Shown here piece by piece: positions 48,730 through 62,836 of a DNA stretch of 64,000 nucleotides. The position numbers were made by a program, and so were the translations under genes. The notes beneath the pieces are model-generated. The model searched no databases. It was given only the letters and a program-made list of their open reading frames with translations, and was not told the origin of the DNA. Source of the DNA: Torpedo marmorata (Eukaryota); assembly GCA_977017645.1 (NCBI GenBank), contig OZ360223.1, forward strand, positions 215,574,001-215,638,000. Reading direction: 5' to 3'. The number at the start of each line of letters is the position of its first letter. Position 1 is the stretch's first letter.

Positions 48730-51636
48730 GATAATCATGGGGGATTTTAACATGGAAGTAGATTGGGATAGTCAGGTCGGTACGGGATCGCAGGAGAGAG
48801 AGAGAGTTAGTGGAATGCCTACGAGATGCCTTTTTGGAGCAGTTTTCTGATGAGCTCACCAGGGGATCAGCTGATTTGGATTGGGTGCTGTGCAAGGAAC
48901 CAGAAGTGATTAGAGAGCTTAAGGTAAAGGAAACCTTAGGAGGCAGTGATCACAATATGATTGAATTCAAGTTGAAATTTGAAAAGGAGATGCTAAAGTT
49001 TGATGTGTCGGTATTTCAGTGGAGTAAAGGAAATTACAGTCGCATGAGAGATGAACTGGCCAAAGTCGATTGGAAAAGCACACTAATGGGGAAAACAGCA
49101 GATCAGCAATGGCTGGAGTTTTTGTGAGAAATGTGGAAAGTGCAGGACAGGTACATACCTAGAGAAAGAAAATTGTGAATGGAAAAATGAGACAATTGTG
49201 GCTGACAAGGGAAGTTAAAGCCAAAGTCAGAATCAGAATTTATTGTCATGAACAAGTCACGAAATTTGTTGTTTTGCAGTAGCATCACAGTGCAAACATT
49301 CATATAAACCACCTTACAAAATAAATAAATATAGTGCAAGAAAGTTAAAGTAAGGCAGTGTCTTTGGTTCATTGATCATTCAGGAATCTGATGGCAGCGG
49401 GGAAGAAGCTGTTCTCATGCCAGTGAGTGCTCGTCTTCAGGCTCCTGTACCCTTTTCCCGATTGTAGCAGAGTGAAGAGGGCATGGCCTGGGTGGTGGGG
49501 GTCCTTGAGGATAGAGGCTGCTTTCTTAAGACACCACCTCTTGTAGATGTCCTCAATGGAGTGAAGTCTGGTGCCCATGATGTCGCAGGCCGAGATAATA
49601 ACCCTCTGGAGTTTTGTCTTGTCCTGAGCGTTGGCACCTCCATAACAGACAGTGATGCAACCAGCCAGAATGCTCTCCACGGTACACCTGTAGAAGTACT
49701 GTAGAAGTAAAAGCAAAAGAGAGGGCATGCAAGGAAGCAAAAATTAGTGGGAAGATAAAGGACTGGGTAACTTTTAAAAACTGTGAAAAGACAACCAAGA
49801 AGGTGATTAAGAAGGAAAAGATGAAAGGATGTTAGTAAATAATATCAAAGAGGATACTAAAAGCTTTTTTAAATATATAAAGAGTAAAAGAGTGACAAAG
49901 GTAGACATCGGAACGATAGAACAACACTGGAAAAATTTCAATGGTAGACAAGGATTTGGCAGAGGAACTGAATGAAAATTTTGGATCAGTCTTCACTATG
50001 GAAGATATTAGTAACATACCAGACTCTCCTGGGTCTCTGGGAAGAGAAGTGAGTGCAGTCAAGATCACAAGAGAGAAGGTACTTGGGAAGCTAAATGGTC
50101 TAATGGACTGGATGGAATGCATCCTTAGGTTCTGAAGGAGGTAGCTGTAGAGATTGTGGAGGCATTGGTAATGATCTTCCAGGAATCAATGGAGTCTGGC
50201 ATGGTTCCAGTGGACTGGAGGATCGCGAATGTCACTCCACTGTTTAAGAAGGGAGCGAGGCAGCAGAAAGGAAATTCTAGACCTATTAGCCTGACGTCAG
50301 TGGTTGGGAAGCTGTTGGAGTCGATGAGGTTATGGAATACCTGGAGGTGCATGAAAAGATAGGCTGAAGTCAGCTTGGTTTCCTTAAAGGAAAATCATGC
50401 CTGACAAACCTATTGCAATTTTTTTGAAGAGATCACAAGTTGAATAGACAGGGGAGATGCAGTGGATGTTGTGTATTTGGACTTTCAAAACGCCTTCGAC
50501 AAGGTGCCACACATAAGGCTGCTAAACAAGATGTGAGACGATGGAATTACAGGAAGGATACTAGCATGGGTAGAGCATTGGCTGATCGGCAGGAAACAGA
50601 GAGTGGGAATAAAGGATCCTGTTCTGGTTGGCTACCAGTTACCAGTGGTGTTCCACAGGGGTCGGCATTGGAGCCGCTTCTTTTTACGTTGTATATAAAT
50701 GATTTGGATTATGGAATAGATGGCTTTGTGGCTAAATTTGCAGATGAATCCAAAATAGGTGGTAGGGTGGGTGGTGCTGAGAGGCTGCAGAGAGACTTGG
50801 ATAGATTAGGAGAATGAGTAAAGAGGTGGCAGATGAAATACAATGTTGGAAAGTGTACGGTCTACACTTTGGTAGAAGAAATAAACGGGCAGAATATTAT
50901 TTAGTTAGGGAGAAAATTCAAAATTCAAATGTGCAAAGGGACTTGGGAGTCCTCGTGCAGGAGACCCTAAAGGTTAACCTTCAGGTTGAGTCGGTGAAGA
51001 AGGCGAATGCAATATTGGCATTCATTTCTAGAGGAATAGCATATAAGAGCAGGAATGTAATGTTGAGACTCTATAAAGCATTGGTGAGACCTCACTTGGA
51101 GTACTGTGTACAGTTTTGGGCACCTTTTTTGAGAAAAGTCGAGCTGACATTGGAGAAGGTTCAGAGAAGATTTACTCGAATGATACCAGGAATGAAAGGG
51201 TTAGCATATGAGGAATGATTGTCGGCTCTTGGACTGTACTCGCTGGAGTACAAAAGGATGAGGGGAGACCTCATAGAGGCATTTCGAATGCTGAAAGGCC
51301 TGGACAGAGTAAATGTGGCAAAGATGTTTCCCATGGTAGGGGAGTCTAGGAAAAGAGGGCACAACTTCAGGATAAAAGGACGTCAATTTAAAATAGAGTT
51401 GCGGAAAAATTTCTTTAGTCATAGGGTTGAATCTGTGGAACTTGTTGCCACAGGCGGCTGTGGAAGCAAGGCCATTGGGTGTATTTAAGGCAGAGATTGA
51501 CAGGTATTTGATTACTCAGGGCATTTAGCGTTATGGGGATAAGGCCGGGGAGTGGGAGGTTGGACCAGCTCATGATTACAATGGTGGAGCAGACTCAATG
51601 GGCTGATGGGCCTACTTCTGCTCCTATATCTTGTGA
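48730..51636 (+). mobile_element. CR1 LINE, 5'-truncated ORF2 (APE end and RT), frameshifted
   Basis: IIMGDFN, LGGSDHNMIEF, ANVTPLFKKG...RPISLTS, SGVPQGSAL, KFADESKIGG, LVRPHLEYCVQFWAP, RMRGDLIE. Confidence 0.93.
49228..49704 (-). mobile_element. Rex1/Babar 3' fragment nested antisense in the CR1
   Basis: [19 protein letters not shown]...ILKDPHHPGHALF...FFPAAIRFLN with (TTCTGA)n tail. The CR1 sequence resumes on both sides. Confidence 0.9.
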
Positions 51637-51864
51637 TAATACTGAATAAGGTTAATGTAATTTAATGTTGCAAACTGCATGATACAAATTCCCAAGAAGC
51701 AAGATTAAATTGGAAAGCCTTCTCTCATTGTGAAATTAACTGGTCAGCCAGTTACAGGATCCAAAATGGTATTTCCCACCTACCTATGATTACCATATGC
51801 ACCTTACTGCTTGAATTTAAATTGAATAAATGGACCTATTTTACAAAAAATATGGACCAGATTT

Positions 51865-52500
51865 CTTTTCTTCACTTTCTCAATTGCCTGTGAGAGGGTG
51901 GTGGTGATGATGATGCGCTACCTGTTGAACTAGCTACCATTTTTCTGGTTGGTACTCTCACAATGCTGTTGGGTAGGAAGTTCCAAGATTCAGATCCAGT
52001 TATGAAGAATTATGGTGAAAGATTTCCGAGTCATGGTGTTAAACTTGTCGAACTTGCAGTTGATGATGCTTGCCTTGTACTTCTTGTGGTAGAGATTGCA
52101 AGTTTGAGAACTGTTGTGGAGTAGTGCTGGTGAGTAACCGAGAGCAGAATGGCATGAAGTTTTACAACAGTGCTGGAGTGGATAAAGGCTTGAGGTGTTG
52201 GTTGGGGTTCCGATCACATGGGTTTCTTTGTCCTGGATTGTGCTGAGCTCCTTGAGAGTTGTACTTATCTAGATGTGTTGAGTATTTCATCACACTCCTG
52301 CCTGGGCCTTGAAGATTATGTAAAGACTTTGTGGTATCATGAGGTGTGTCATTCTTTTGTTTACATCCAACCTCTCATCTTCTCCAGTAGTCATGGTATT
52401 TATATGGTTGGTCTTGTTAACTTTTTTGGCAATAGTAACTCCCCAGGATGTTGATGGAGGATGGGTTGCCCATGGTGATGCCATATTGACTGCAAGAATT
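51865..52500 (-). mobile_element. Old CR1/L2-clade LINE 3' fragment
   Basis: Minus-strand peptide remnants SWGVTI and IIFKAQ, and 3' motif GGAACTTCCTACCCAACAGCATTGTGAGAGTACC. Confidence 0.55.
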
Positions 52501-55500
52501 CTGTTTCATTCCCATTATGACTTCTAATTCCTCAACCTCCTGAACTACTGCAATGAATCTTAAATGTAAGCATGAGGAACAGCATCTCATCTACCAACTG
52601 GCCTTTAGACTCATCAATGCTAATGACCATTTCCAGCATTTAAGATATTTCCTCTAACTGTAGATAATGAGTCATCTACTTCTCTCATTTACAACCTCTT
52701 CAAGCTCGTATTGTTTCTATTTTTCCATTACTTTTTTTATACTGCACTTTATCTCTTCATCATTTAATTGCTCCTGACCCTGGCTTTCTTCTCCCCTGCA
52801 GAATTTTTGCTGAACTCTCCAATGGTATTTTTTAATGGAACTAGGCAAAGTTGTCGTTGTTCATGCAAGATGATCTTGAAACCAGCAGAGGTTAAGAGGA
52901 AATTGCCATACACCAGCAAGAAAATTGTTGAAAAAAGACCTCCAAAAGATGATTGAATAATTTTATTGCTTCAGTGACATACATAATCAGTTACATTTAA
53001 TCTGGACTGATCTGCCAGTACAATACTGCTGTTTATAAAGGAAACATAATACTTAACAGGATCTATAAACAGATAAAATTTTGAAAATAGGACAACTGAA
53101 CATTTTCTGTTTCCGCAATGTAAAATTTAACTCGTTTGTGGCTGAATTTAGATTTAGTAAAGATGAGATGATTGAACTGTTGTAGTTTCATTGACAGAAA
53201 ATACCAGGGATAGCTTTTCTTTACTGATCCACAATGATTCCATTTCAAGTCATTTCTTTCCTGCCTGGAATCCTCGTAATGTTGATTACTCAGTTACTTG
53301 ATCACAGTTTTATTTTGGGGATAAGCATATGAAAATGTTATTCTGAAGAAACTCAAAAGAAGAAGATATAGCAAAACTGAATAAGACCTGTTAGGTTTCC
53401 AATTTATTTTGTTTCCAGTTGTAATTTGCTAGAAATGTCAGCTTTGAAACATATACTTCTTGAGTTCTATACTTGGGCATCATGCAGTAACAGGCGAGTA
53501 ACCTAAATTGCTTTTGATAAAAGGGACAATTCTACTGTAGTTATGGAGCTTTGTTTTTCAACTGCTTCCAGGTGGTTTGGATTGCCATGATTTACAATAT
53601 CATTTAGTTTCACATTGAAGATGCCACTTTTTAAATTAAAACTATCACCTCTGTGCAGTATTTTTATAATGTGTTTTAAGCAACAGGTTCTAATTGTTTC
53701 TAATCTAGCAGTGCAAGTTTGCCACCCAGTTACCTACAAAATGTTAAGCTAATTTCCAACCATAGAACTCTAATATTAAGTACTAAGAAATTTTGAAATC
53801 CAATTTGGAACAATTGTTTTTGTTTTAAATTACAACTATCTTTTATGCCCATTTTTAAAAATTCCCACCCATGGCCCCTAGCCACCTCTATTCAAGCCCA
53901 CATAATAATCTTTGAGAGGACAGTAAAACAGGTTGGTAGTTCAGACCACTATACATGGTGCTGCAACCCATTCAGCACACTAGTCAAAAATACATTCTCC
54001 CAATCAGCCTTTCTTCACACAGGCTTCTGTGGCTTAATTTGCAGAACACTGCAAAATGAGGATGGAGAGAGAAAATAAGCAAAAAAAAATCTACTGGTAG
54101 CTTTTCATCATTTGTTATTACCTAAAAATATCTTTAAATCATTACCAAACAGCACAGAAAGCTGCACTTTCACAGCAATCCATTAACTGCAGGGGAGGGG
54201 GGGGGGGGGGGGTGTGTGGAAAGAATGCATGTGCAAATACAGGTTGGCTATTTATGTGAAAACATGACAAATGGAACTTGTTCTTACCATGCTGAAGGAA
54301 AGTCGATGAAATAAGATCATTTACAAATTAACAATTTAAAATGTGTGCATTATGAGTGATGCTATAGATTAATGGCCATTTTGTCCTGAAATTCAATTTG
54401 TGCTCATTTGGAACAAGATATATGATGTCTTTGTTGTATTGCATATAGGTTCCTAAGAGTATAGATATTAATTCACAGCTTTCCAGTAACTTTTAAATAT
54501 GGTCAAATCTCTATAAATTAAGCACCTGAAAACCATTACAAATAGTCCTCAACTTAATCATGCTGGCGAGGAGGCTACTCTGATACTGCAGTTCATGATG
54601 CTTCACTTCCTTTACTGGGGACCATTGATCTATTCTCTTTTTCAATGAGCACTGGAAGTCCTGGGCTAAATCCTGAAAAAATATGGTGTGAATGTGAGGG
54701 GCTTTGCTTTCCAATCTCACTAAAGATTATAACGGAATTATCTCTTGTTAGACATTATTTTCACCAGAACATTTCCCACATGCATCTTTGTTTCCTTACT
54801 ACCAACAATTTGCTCACACCTTTTATTGTTAATATTCAGTTTTCTGTTTTAAATAACAAGTTAAGTGTTCAAAGAAAATATCTGTAATGGATTTGCATAT
54901 TTCTCTTTGATTTCTCGAAACAAAATCCAGAAGATAAATTCCTGAAGAGTCCAGAATAACCCTGAAGGGCTGGCAAACTTGAAAGTCTCCCTGCTAGAGC
55001 TTGCAGAACCAGTCTAAGCATGTTTGAATATTGCTGATAGCTGGGATTTGAACTTATGACCTACTGCTAGTGCTGGAATGAACTTTTAGTATTCAGCGCA
55101 GGGAGACTGCCAGATACAGACCTTGAAGGATTTCAATTCTCTAAGAGCTGTTATTTTTCAGTATAAACATGAAGAAAAACCATACCTATTTGTCATACTG
55201 ATGTGAGTGATTATGGTTCAGGCACTGTATTCTGATGGGAAGTTAAATCTGATCCCAAAGAATCAAAATTCCTCAATGTTGTAGTGATTGATAATTGATT
55301 TATACAATGTTAACATTCCTTGTAAATGAATGATTTATGAGCTGTATCTTTCAGTGAAAACAGACCCAATTATTAATGAAGATTGAAGCATTCCTTCAAC
55401 TGTCCCAATCACGTAGAATCTCTCACTTGTTTGAGATATCAACAATGACCGAACAATTTCAGATTTCAGAAGTAAATGATAGTGGCAATGTAGAGGTCTT

Positions 55501-56279
55501 AGCAATGAAATTGAGTAGTGCTAAATCAATCTTTGAAAGTCCAAATCCAACTGAAAACATCCAGTTCCAAACTAGATTCTGAACTACTTAAATGCTTCAT
55601 TTACATTGACACACAAGCATCAGAATAAGACGTTGTCACTTCTCTATCCCTTCAATTTCCAAGAAATAGTTTAAATCTACTCGAACACTTCTTTAATATT
55701 AGCTACGACAATAGGACACTCACAGTTTGGGGTACACTCATGCTGGAAAAATATAAAACTGGAAAAAAGTGACATTTTGCTCCAGTAATCAGTTTAAACT
55801 CACCACATTTCTTAATTGATAATTGTAATTTACAAAACAGTTTGAGACTGAGTACTTGTGCTGCACTCACATGGATAATAATTCAGCTTTTGATAAATAG
55901 GCTAGGGAGAACTCCAGGACATATCCAATAAAAATAGCTACACTGAATCACATTTACTTACCAAATTTTTGCTGAGCAAACTTTATCAGTTCAAACACAT
56001 TGATGACCAATGTGATACGCAAATAGACAGGGACCTAAATGGGAATAATTGCCAATCTTGATCAAAAATAGTTATATTCTTGGTTAGTACAATAGTAGGG
56101 AGAACCAAGAATTCCATATCATCTTGTGTCAAGCTCTGTACTTGGGCAGCCAAGCAAATTGGAACAATAGCTGGGCTTTAATTGTTCAAAGTAACACATA
56201 TGCACAACAGGTTGTCTGAGTTTAGCTCAACTTTCCACTCTACCAAGATTCTAATATCAGTTATCCTCTGCTTAGTGAA

Positions 56280-57275
56280 AATAACAACTGCAGATGCTGG
56301 GAACCTGAAATAAAAACAGTAAATGATGGAAATGCTCAGCAGGATGGGCCACAACTGTGGGAGAAATGGTTAGTTTTAGGTCAAAGAATTGGAAAAGAGA
56401 CCAAAAAAACCTGCTAAGTGAGAGGTTTTTTTTTAAGGGTGGGAATTGACTTTGTCAGGGTAAAATTAAGATGGGATAAGCTGTAAACAAGGTTATCTGG
56501 TCAATGAATAAATAGGAGCAGTTAGAGAGTGAGAATATAGACAAAGAATGTGGGAGTTGTAAAATGCAGGGTAGGAGAATATGTCTAGTGGGTCAGGTTG
56601 GGCATGTTCTCCTCTCCCAGAGGGGGAAAGAAAGGGAAGCAGGAGAAAATACAACAAACCAGCTAATTCAATATTACAGAAGGTTGACTGATTGAGACCA
56701 AGAAACCAAGTTGCCTGGAGTTGTAGAATTCAATATGAAATCCAGAAGGCTGTGACCTGGTGAGCTGGAAGAGAAGGTGCTGTTACTTAAACGTACAAGA
56801 TTCTAGATTTAACATGGAATTCTACAACTTCAGGTAACTTGATTTATATCCTTTATCAGTCATCCATTGGAGATTTTTTGTCGTTTCCAACCCCACCCCC
56901 CCCCCCCCCCCCCCCCACCCACCTTACCTCTGAGAGTGGAGGACTTGCCCAGTTTGAATTACTGGGCACATATTCCTGTTTTGCATTTTTGCAATGCCTG
57001 CATTCTTTTGTCTATGTTCTCACTTTCAAACAGCTCCCAAGCACTCCATTGACTTGATAAGCTTGTTTACAGCTTGTCTCCTCGACCATTCTGGATTTGC
57101 CCTATTGAAGACATCCCACTCCCCCCAGCCTCCCTGCAGCTTTGTAAGCCGCCTTTGTCTCCTTTTCCGTTCTGACAAAAGGTCTTTGACCTGAAACATC
57201 AGCAGGTCAAGCTGTAACTGTGGAAAGATAAAAAGAGCTGAGTATTTCCAACATTTTCTGTTTTTATCTTCTGAA
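56280..57275. mobile_element. Head-to-head inverted pair of Penelope 3' fragments
   Basis: 56280-56795 (minus) and 56800-57275 (plus) have matching inverted blocks AGCTGTAAACAAG / CTTGTTTACAGCT and AGTTGTAGAATTC / GAATTCTACAACT. Confidence 0.7.
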
Positions 57276-58853
57276 TAGGTCAGGTAGTTCCCCATGGACA
57301 CACTTCCTGATATCTGGATCCAAGTAGATTGGCAGAGACCTGGAAGAAAGTTGATTTATGGTAAGGTCCAGTATTTCGACACCTGAGCTGGTCTGGAAAG
57401 GAAAAATACTTTCCTGCATAGTCTGTAGACCATTTTAGTATTTATATAAAATTGGTGCATTGGTTGAATATTTACTTCCTTTAAATTGCAGCCCCCCCCA
57501 AAAAAAAACTGCAAAGCCAGGAACATTTACAGAGAAAACAAATTTAAATATCCACCCATCTGAAGCTGCTAAGACCAAAGCAGTTTAAATTACCAATGTC
57601 ACATTACCAGCATGGTTGGTGTCATCAGTGTGTAAAATCTTCTTGTTTTAGTTTAAAAAAAAGCCATTTGAAACTGTAAATTTAAACATTTTTCATATTG
57701 GCAAAGCAGCTGGGGAACTTTCCAACAGATATTATCCTGTTGTAAATTTTCATTACAGTATATTTTTTAGTTTCTGCCATTTTGCCGCAGAACTATAAAG
57801 GATGACTGAGCAGTAAAGGCCAGTCGGTGGCAAGGCAGTGAAACAATGGGTCAAGACGTTGTTGGACCCAGTACCAATTGGCAGGCAAAGTAACTTACAA
57901 TGAGAATTTTCTCTGCTAATCATTATTACCGAGCAGTTGAGAGTGAATTGACAGAGGAACTGAGGTTTCTGTGAGACCAGGCACCTAGGAACACAAGGAC
58001 AGATTTGTTAATTGTGTTTTATTTTCTGCAAGAAATGCTTGCAACAAATCATGACTTAAAAAGTTAGGGCTTTGGGAGCAGTGACAGACTGATGCATTAC
58101 CTTCCTCCTGAAGCATTGATTTCTTACTCTGAAACTGATTCAGTCATAACTTTAAAATACTTAAATTATGTGATCAATTACAAGTATTCACAGGGCAGCA
58201 GTGAGAAGTATTTCCATCTTATTGCAGGAGTGCTCAACAGTTTGAATTCTTGTGATTGAATAATTAGCTACAGGCCGTGATGGTCAAAAGTCTTGAATGC
58301 AAATAGATGTTGGGGGAAAAACGAGAAATATTTAGATTATTTTGATGCTACATGTTCCAAAATACAGAAAACGAAGATAAAACTGTTTTGAAACATAAAA
58401 ACAGATGAACTTCAGCTTCATTTTCAGATGTTCATATTTTGTTTAGATAAATTAATATCTTAACTATGTAATCAACAACACATTGCTACATCTTTTCCCT
58501 ACTCAAAATAACTCTACATTTGGTCTGCCTACAGGTTGTAACAGTCTATAGGACAAACTGAAAGCTATTTAGTTCCATTTTCATACACTTTCAATCTTCA
58601 AGGCCACTTCAAACATGAACATTTCTAAGCAGGTATCTGGATGGCATGAATCCAATAAGTAAGTTTACTGAACATAACAAACAATTTAATGGAAGTAAAC
58701 AATATACAGAGTAATAACTTTGAACGATGACCCATATTTGTGAGGCAAACAAAAGTGAGAAAATGTTAATAAAATAACATTTAGAAAATACTCCACAAAC
58801 TAGGAGCTACGCTGTGTGGGTTTGTTCTGGAATACAAGTTTTCTGTAGAAGTA

Positions 58854-59072
58854 CTGTAAAACCCCTGGTAACCGGCACCTATGGGGATTGGTAGATGTTG
58901 GATAAGTGAATTTTCCGGTTGTTTGTGACTGCGTGTTGCGTGATTGGCAAACTAACGGCGAGGCGTGCCAATTTTAAACTTCCGTATTGTTTACCTATTT
59001 ATTTTCCGCAGTTTTTGGCCATTTGCTTGAGGCTGCTGGTTGCTTGAATTCCAGATAACAGGGATTTTACTG
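58854..59072. mobile_element. pogo/Tigger-like MITE
   Basis: TA-CTGTAAAACCCCTGGTAACCGG...CCAGATAACAGGGATTTTACTG-TA gives a ~22-bp imperfect TIR with TA duplication. Confidence 0.75.
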
Positions 59073-62000
59073 TATTTGCTTGCACTTGGGGCTTGAATTA
59101 TTCTGTCGGTTGCTCTTTTTTAAATTATGGTTACCTGAAGGAGATTATGTTTTCCATAGTGTGACTCAGCAATTTAATCACATTTAATGGATACAATAAT
59201 ACAGCTTTTCTAAATATTACACATGGATTAATTGACAATTCCTTAACTAAGCCATAATGAATTTAACCAGATGGGCATGTATGAAACTGTTGATGGAAGA
59301 GTGGATGTGGAGAAAATTAGCACAATGTTTACTAAGGTCTTCCAAATGACTCTGGAAAATCCTTGATGCTGATGAGTAGTAATTAAAAATAAAATGGTGA
59401 TCGTTTTGGAATAACTAAGGACAGATTATATGAGTACATTTATCTTATATTTCAAAGGACATTTTATTTTCAATTTGATTGAGGAAAAAAATGCATTGCC
59501 TATTTATATGGAGTGAAATCTGGTGCAGGATAACTAGCTGATATTTAAGAATGGTTTCTGATAGAATACTGACCTAGCAATTAATTTTCTGCATGTTTGA
59601 ATCTCATGGCTGACAAATTAAATCTGGCACAGACACTTTAATGGTTATGTCATTAATAGCATCCTACAGTGCATTCTGTCTCAATCACCACACCACTTCT
59701 GCATATTATATATAGAAGGGTGGGGAGCGGGGGGAAAGTAAGTTCGACACTTGCTGAGATGGTGCACGTGTGTGCAAACCAAAAATAAATTGGGCAATGG
59801 AGTGTAGTGGTTCAAACAATAAGTGTGTCTTTCAAGTGGATAGGGAATGAGTGCTTTTCCAAACTACCAGTAGTTATTGTAAACTGGCTATTTAAGTTAA
59901 GTTCCATTCAAGCCCCCCTTGTGAGGGAGTATCAATTACATGTTAAACCTGGCAAAGCAAATCAACAAACTGGAAACATGAACCTCTAATGTATTTAACA
60001 AAATATTTCTAAAACACTTGTCATGTTGGTACCAGAGAAAAAAAACCAATGATTTCTGTTCAGCATTTGCTCAGAGCAATCTACTCCATGTTACTGTGAT
60101 TCATTCAATTAACAATAAGAAAAAAAGTAATCTAAAAGTATATTGTCTTTGAGGAAAAATTAAAAAAAAATTCTGATAAAAGTGAGAACTGAAGGGGATC
60201 CTGGTCAATGTTTGTTGAGTGGTACTGAGATAACTTCTTGTTTAGTTTGCATGCTGATCCGGTAGTAGATGGAGGTCCAGCTACGGAAGATGTATTCTTT
60301 CAAACTTCTGAAAGGTGGTTGTCTATTACGGTGTGAAAAACACTGCAATTCAAATCAATAATACTGCGGCACAAGGCAAGCATGTGGAACAGGCGTCTCT
60401 ATGACTTGTCCTTTGTTCTTACAAGATCTGCTTGTTTGTCAAGTTAGAAAAGCTTGCCAAGCAGATTGTGTATTTGCTGAAGGTTTGATTATGTTTCAAG
60501 TTATTGAATCCAGTTAACAAGCCCACTTGAACGAATACTTTCTTCTTCTGACCATTGCATACACTGGTAATAGCAGCACTCAACAGCACTGACACAGCAA
60601 AATTTTCCCAGTAAAATATGATCTTCTGCTCTTGAAATCAAAGGCTGATCATACTTAAGCGCTTTCACAGCATCTGTTCTGTACTGACAAATATTTCTTC
60701 TAGATAAAAGTTCTTCTTTAAAAAAAAAATCCTCTACCTCCAAAAGGAATAGCAGCAATTAATGGACAGTCTGGGACGGAGTCATCAGTCTCATGGATTT
60801 TGAGGCAGGCAGAGGAAGTATTAAATTAAAATGTCACACAAATGTAAAAGTGTTTATCCACACTACTTCTGAAAATCTTTACATTCAAGCTATAAAAAGA
60901 GAAATACCTCAACAATCCCGTTGCATTTCTTTCTCCAGAGGTAATATGGCACGTTTATCAGTATCTTTTTAGTTTCATTGCACACTTGGGTGGAGCAGTG
61001 AATTATATCTGCACAAAATTCCAGCATTCCCCCCCCACCCACCCACCCTCCTCAATATTAGTGTTGATGCCAGGTTTTATTTAGAGGTGTGCAGACTCCC
61101 CTGTAGTTTGGTATAGCTTTATCCTCATACTCAGTTGAGTTTCTCCAGAGCCAGAGGAAGTTCTTCTTTATGCTTGTTTTCTCTTCTGCAAGCATATTTT
61201 AGGATTGAAATGATGTTGCCTCAAATCCCAGCTGTCAAATCTGTAATCACTTGTCCTTTCACCAGTTTCCTAAGGAATTCTTTCTCCTTTCCAATATTGT
61301 GAGTCCAAGACTGAAATAAATACACAAAGAACATCAACAGTTACTAATTTTATTTGAGGTAACAAGTATTTCGAACATGTTTCCTGCAGCTTAGTCAAAT
61401 TCTGATAAAGGCAGTTAGCTTTCCAAGATTGAACTGATTAAACAGGTACAGTACCAAAGTTTTCTAGAAATTCACCTTTATCCAAAAGCCCAGTTCATCT
61501 TTTATTGAATGTATTAATCATAAAAGGGAAACTTTTAAAACTGCAGATGAACAGATTGTTAAGATGAACTGTTTCCAGGCAAAGTTAAGCTGCTATTACA
61601 AAGATTAAGCATTAAAATGTAAAATGTGGAACATTATTTCCAATTACTGCACTGTCATTATTATGGATTTTCTGAAATTGTAAATGCTTTTACATACCTG
61701 GAGTGTAATGAAATTAAATGTTCAGAAATAAATGTTATAAATTTTACAGTTGCTTTGAATGCAAATTCCAAAACAACTTGCATTCAAAGAATAGTTAAAA
61801 TGCAGTGCAGCATCCAAAAGGGTGCTACAGCAGCGGCCACAAACTATCACGAAATATGAGGCTAGATAAAACTGTTTTAAGGTAGCCATTAAGCAGGAAT
61901 GTATGGATGTATATAAATGCAAATTGTTATCATGATGATGTGGGTCATCATTAAATGTTATATTTACATGATGTTTTGCTCCATCTCTTGGTTCAGTGCG

Positions 62001-62836
62001 TTGAAGCAAATTACAGAATCTCAGCACAGTCTGTTTAAAAATAAATCTCTTGGCATGTGAGTCTTTAAGGCACTTATCCACTTGGACAGCAGGGAGTTCA
62101 GAAAGCTCTAGCTATTTCTTGCATTGAGGAATGGCAAATAAGTTAATCAGTTGATCCAGTGCCTTAAATTTCCCTTGATGATACCTTCAAATAGTGCCAC
62201 TATTTAAAAAATTTAATTTAGATATGCAGCACGGTAACAAACCCATGTCTACATTGTAAAAAATTAGGAGTTCTCCTCACCCACAAAAAAAAGCATATCT
62301 CTGAACCATATTTATGACAATAGAGGGTGAATAGAAGGTCAATTCCAGGTGAAAAACTGGTGGACTGGAATCTTCCAGAACTTAAAAATGGTATGATAAT
62401 CATGATCAAATTCACAAGATAGATTGTCAACTTCTCAATTTTAAATTAGTGCTGAAAAATCTAGCCCAACTCTATCCTGCTTGACAGTACCAGCATATTG
62501 CTTCATCTACAAAATTTATTCCATTCACTTTAAGAGGCAAGTAAAATGCACAGACACAAGATTATGCAGACAGCACTACCAACTTGGATGGATCTTCAAG
62601 GGATTGATTCTTAAAAAATAAGAGCTGTATGAAACACAGTTTCTGTCCCTCCACCACCTTTTCTGCACCAACAGACATTTAGATTCTAAAATAATATTGT
62701 GCTCTCTTTATTTCAAGTCAACTGCTAAATAAAGTAGACAGGTGTAAAACATTTAAGTCTGCAGATTGTAGTAAAAATACAGACATGCTGGAAGAACTTA
62801 GCAGGTCTTGCAGCATCCATAGGAGGTAAAGATATA

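Noticed and set aside
60246-60315. Possible small plus-strand coding exon (LHADPVVDGGPATEDVFFQTSER)
   Set aside because: Weak donor (GTGGTT), no recognised homology and no partner exons.
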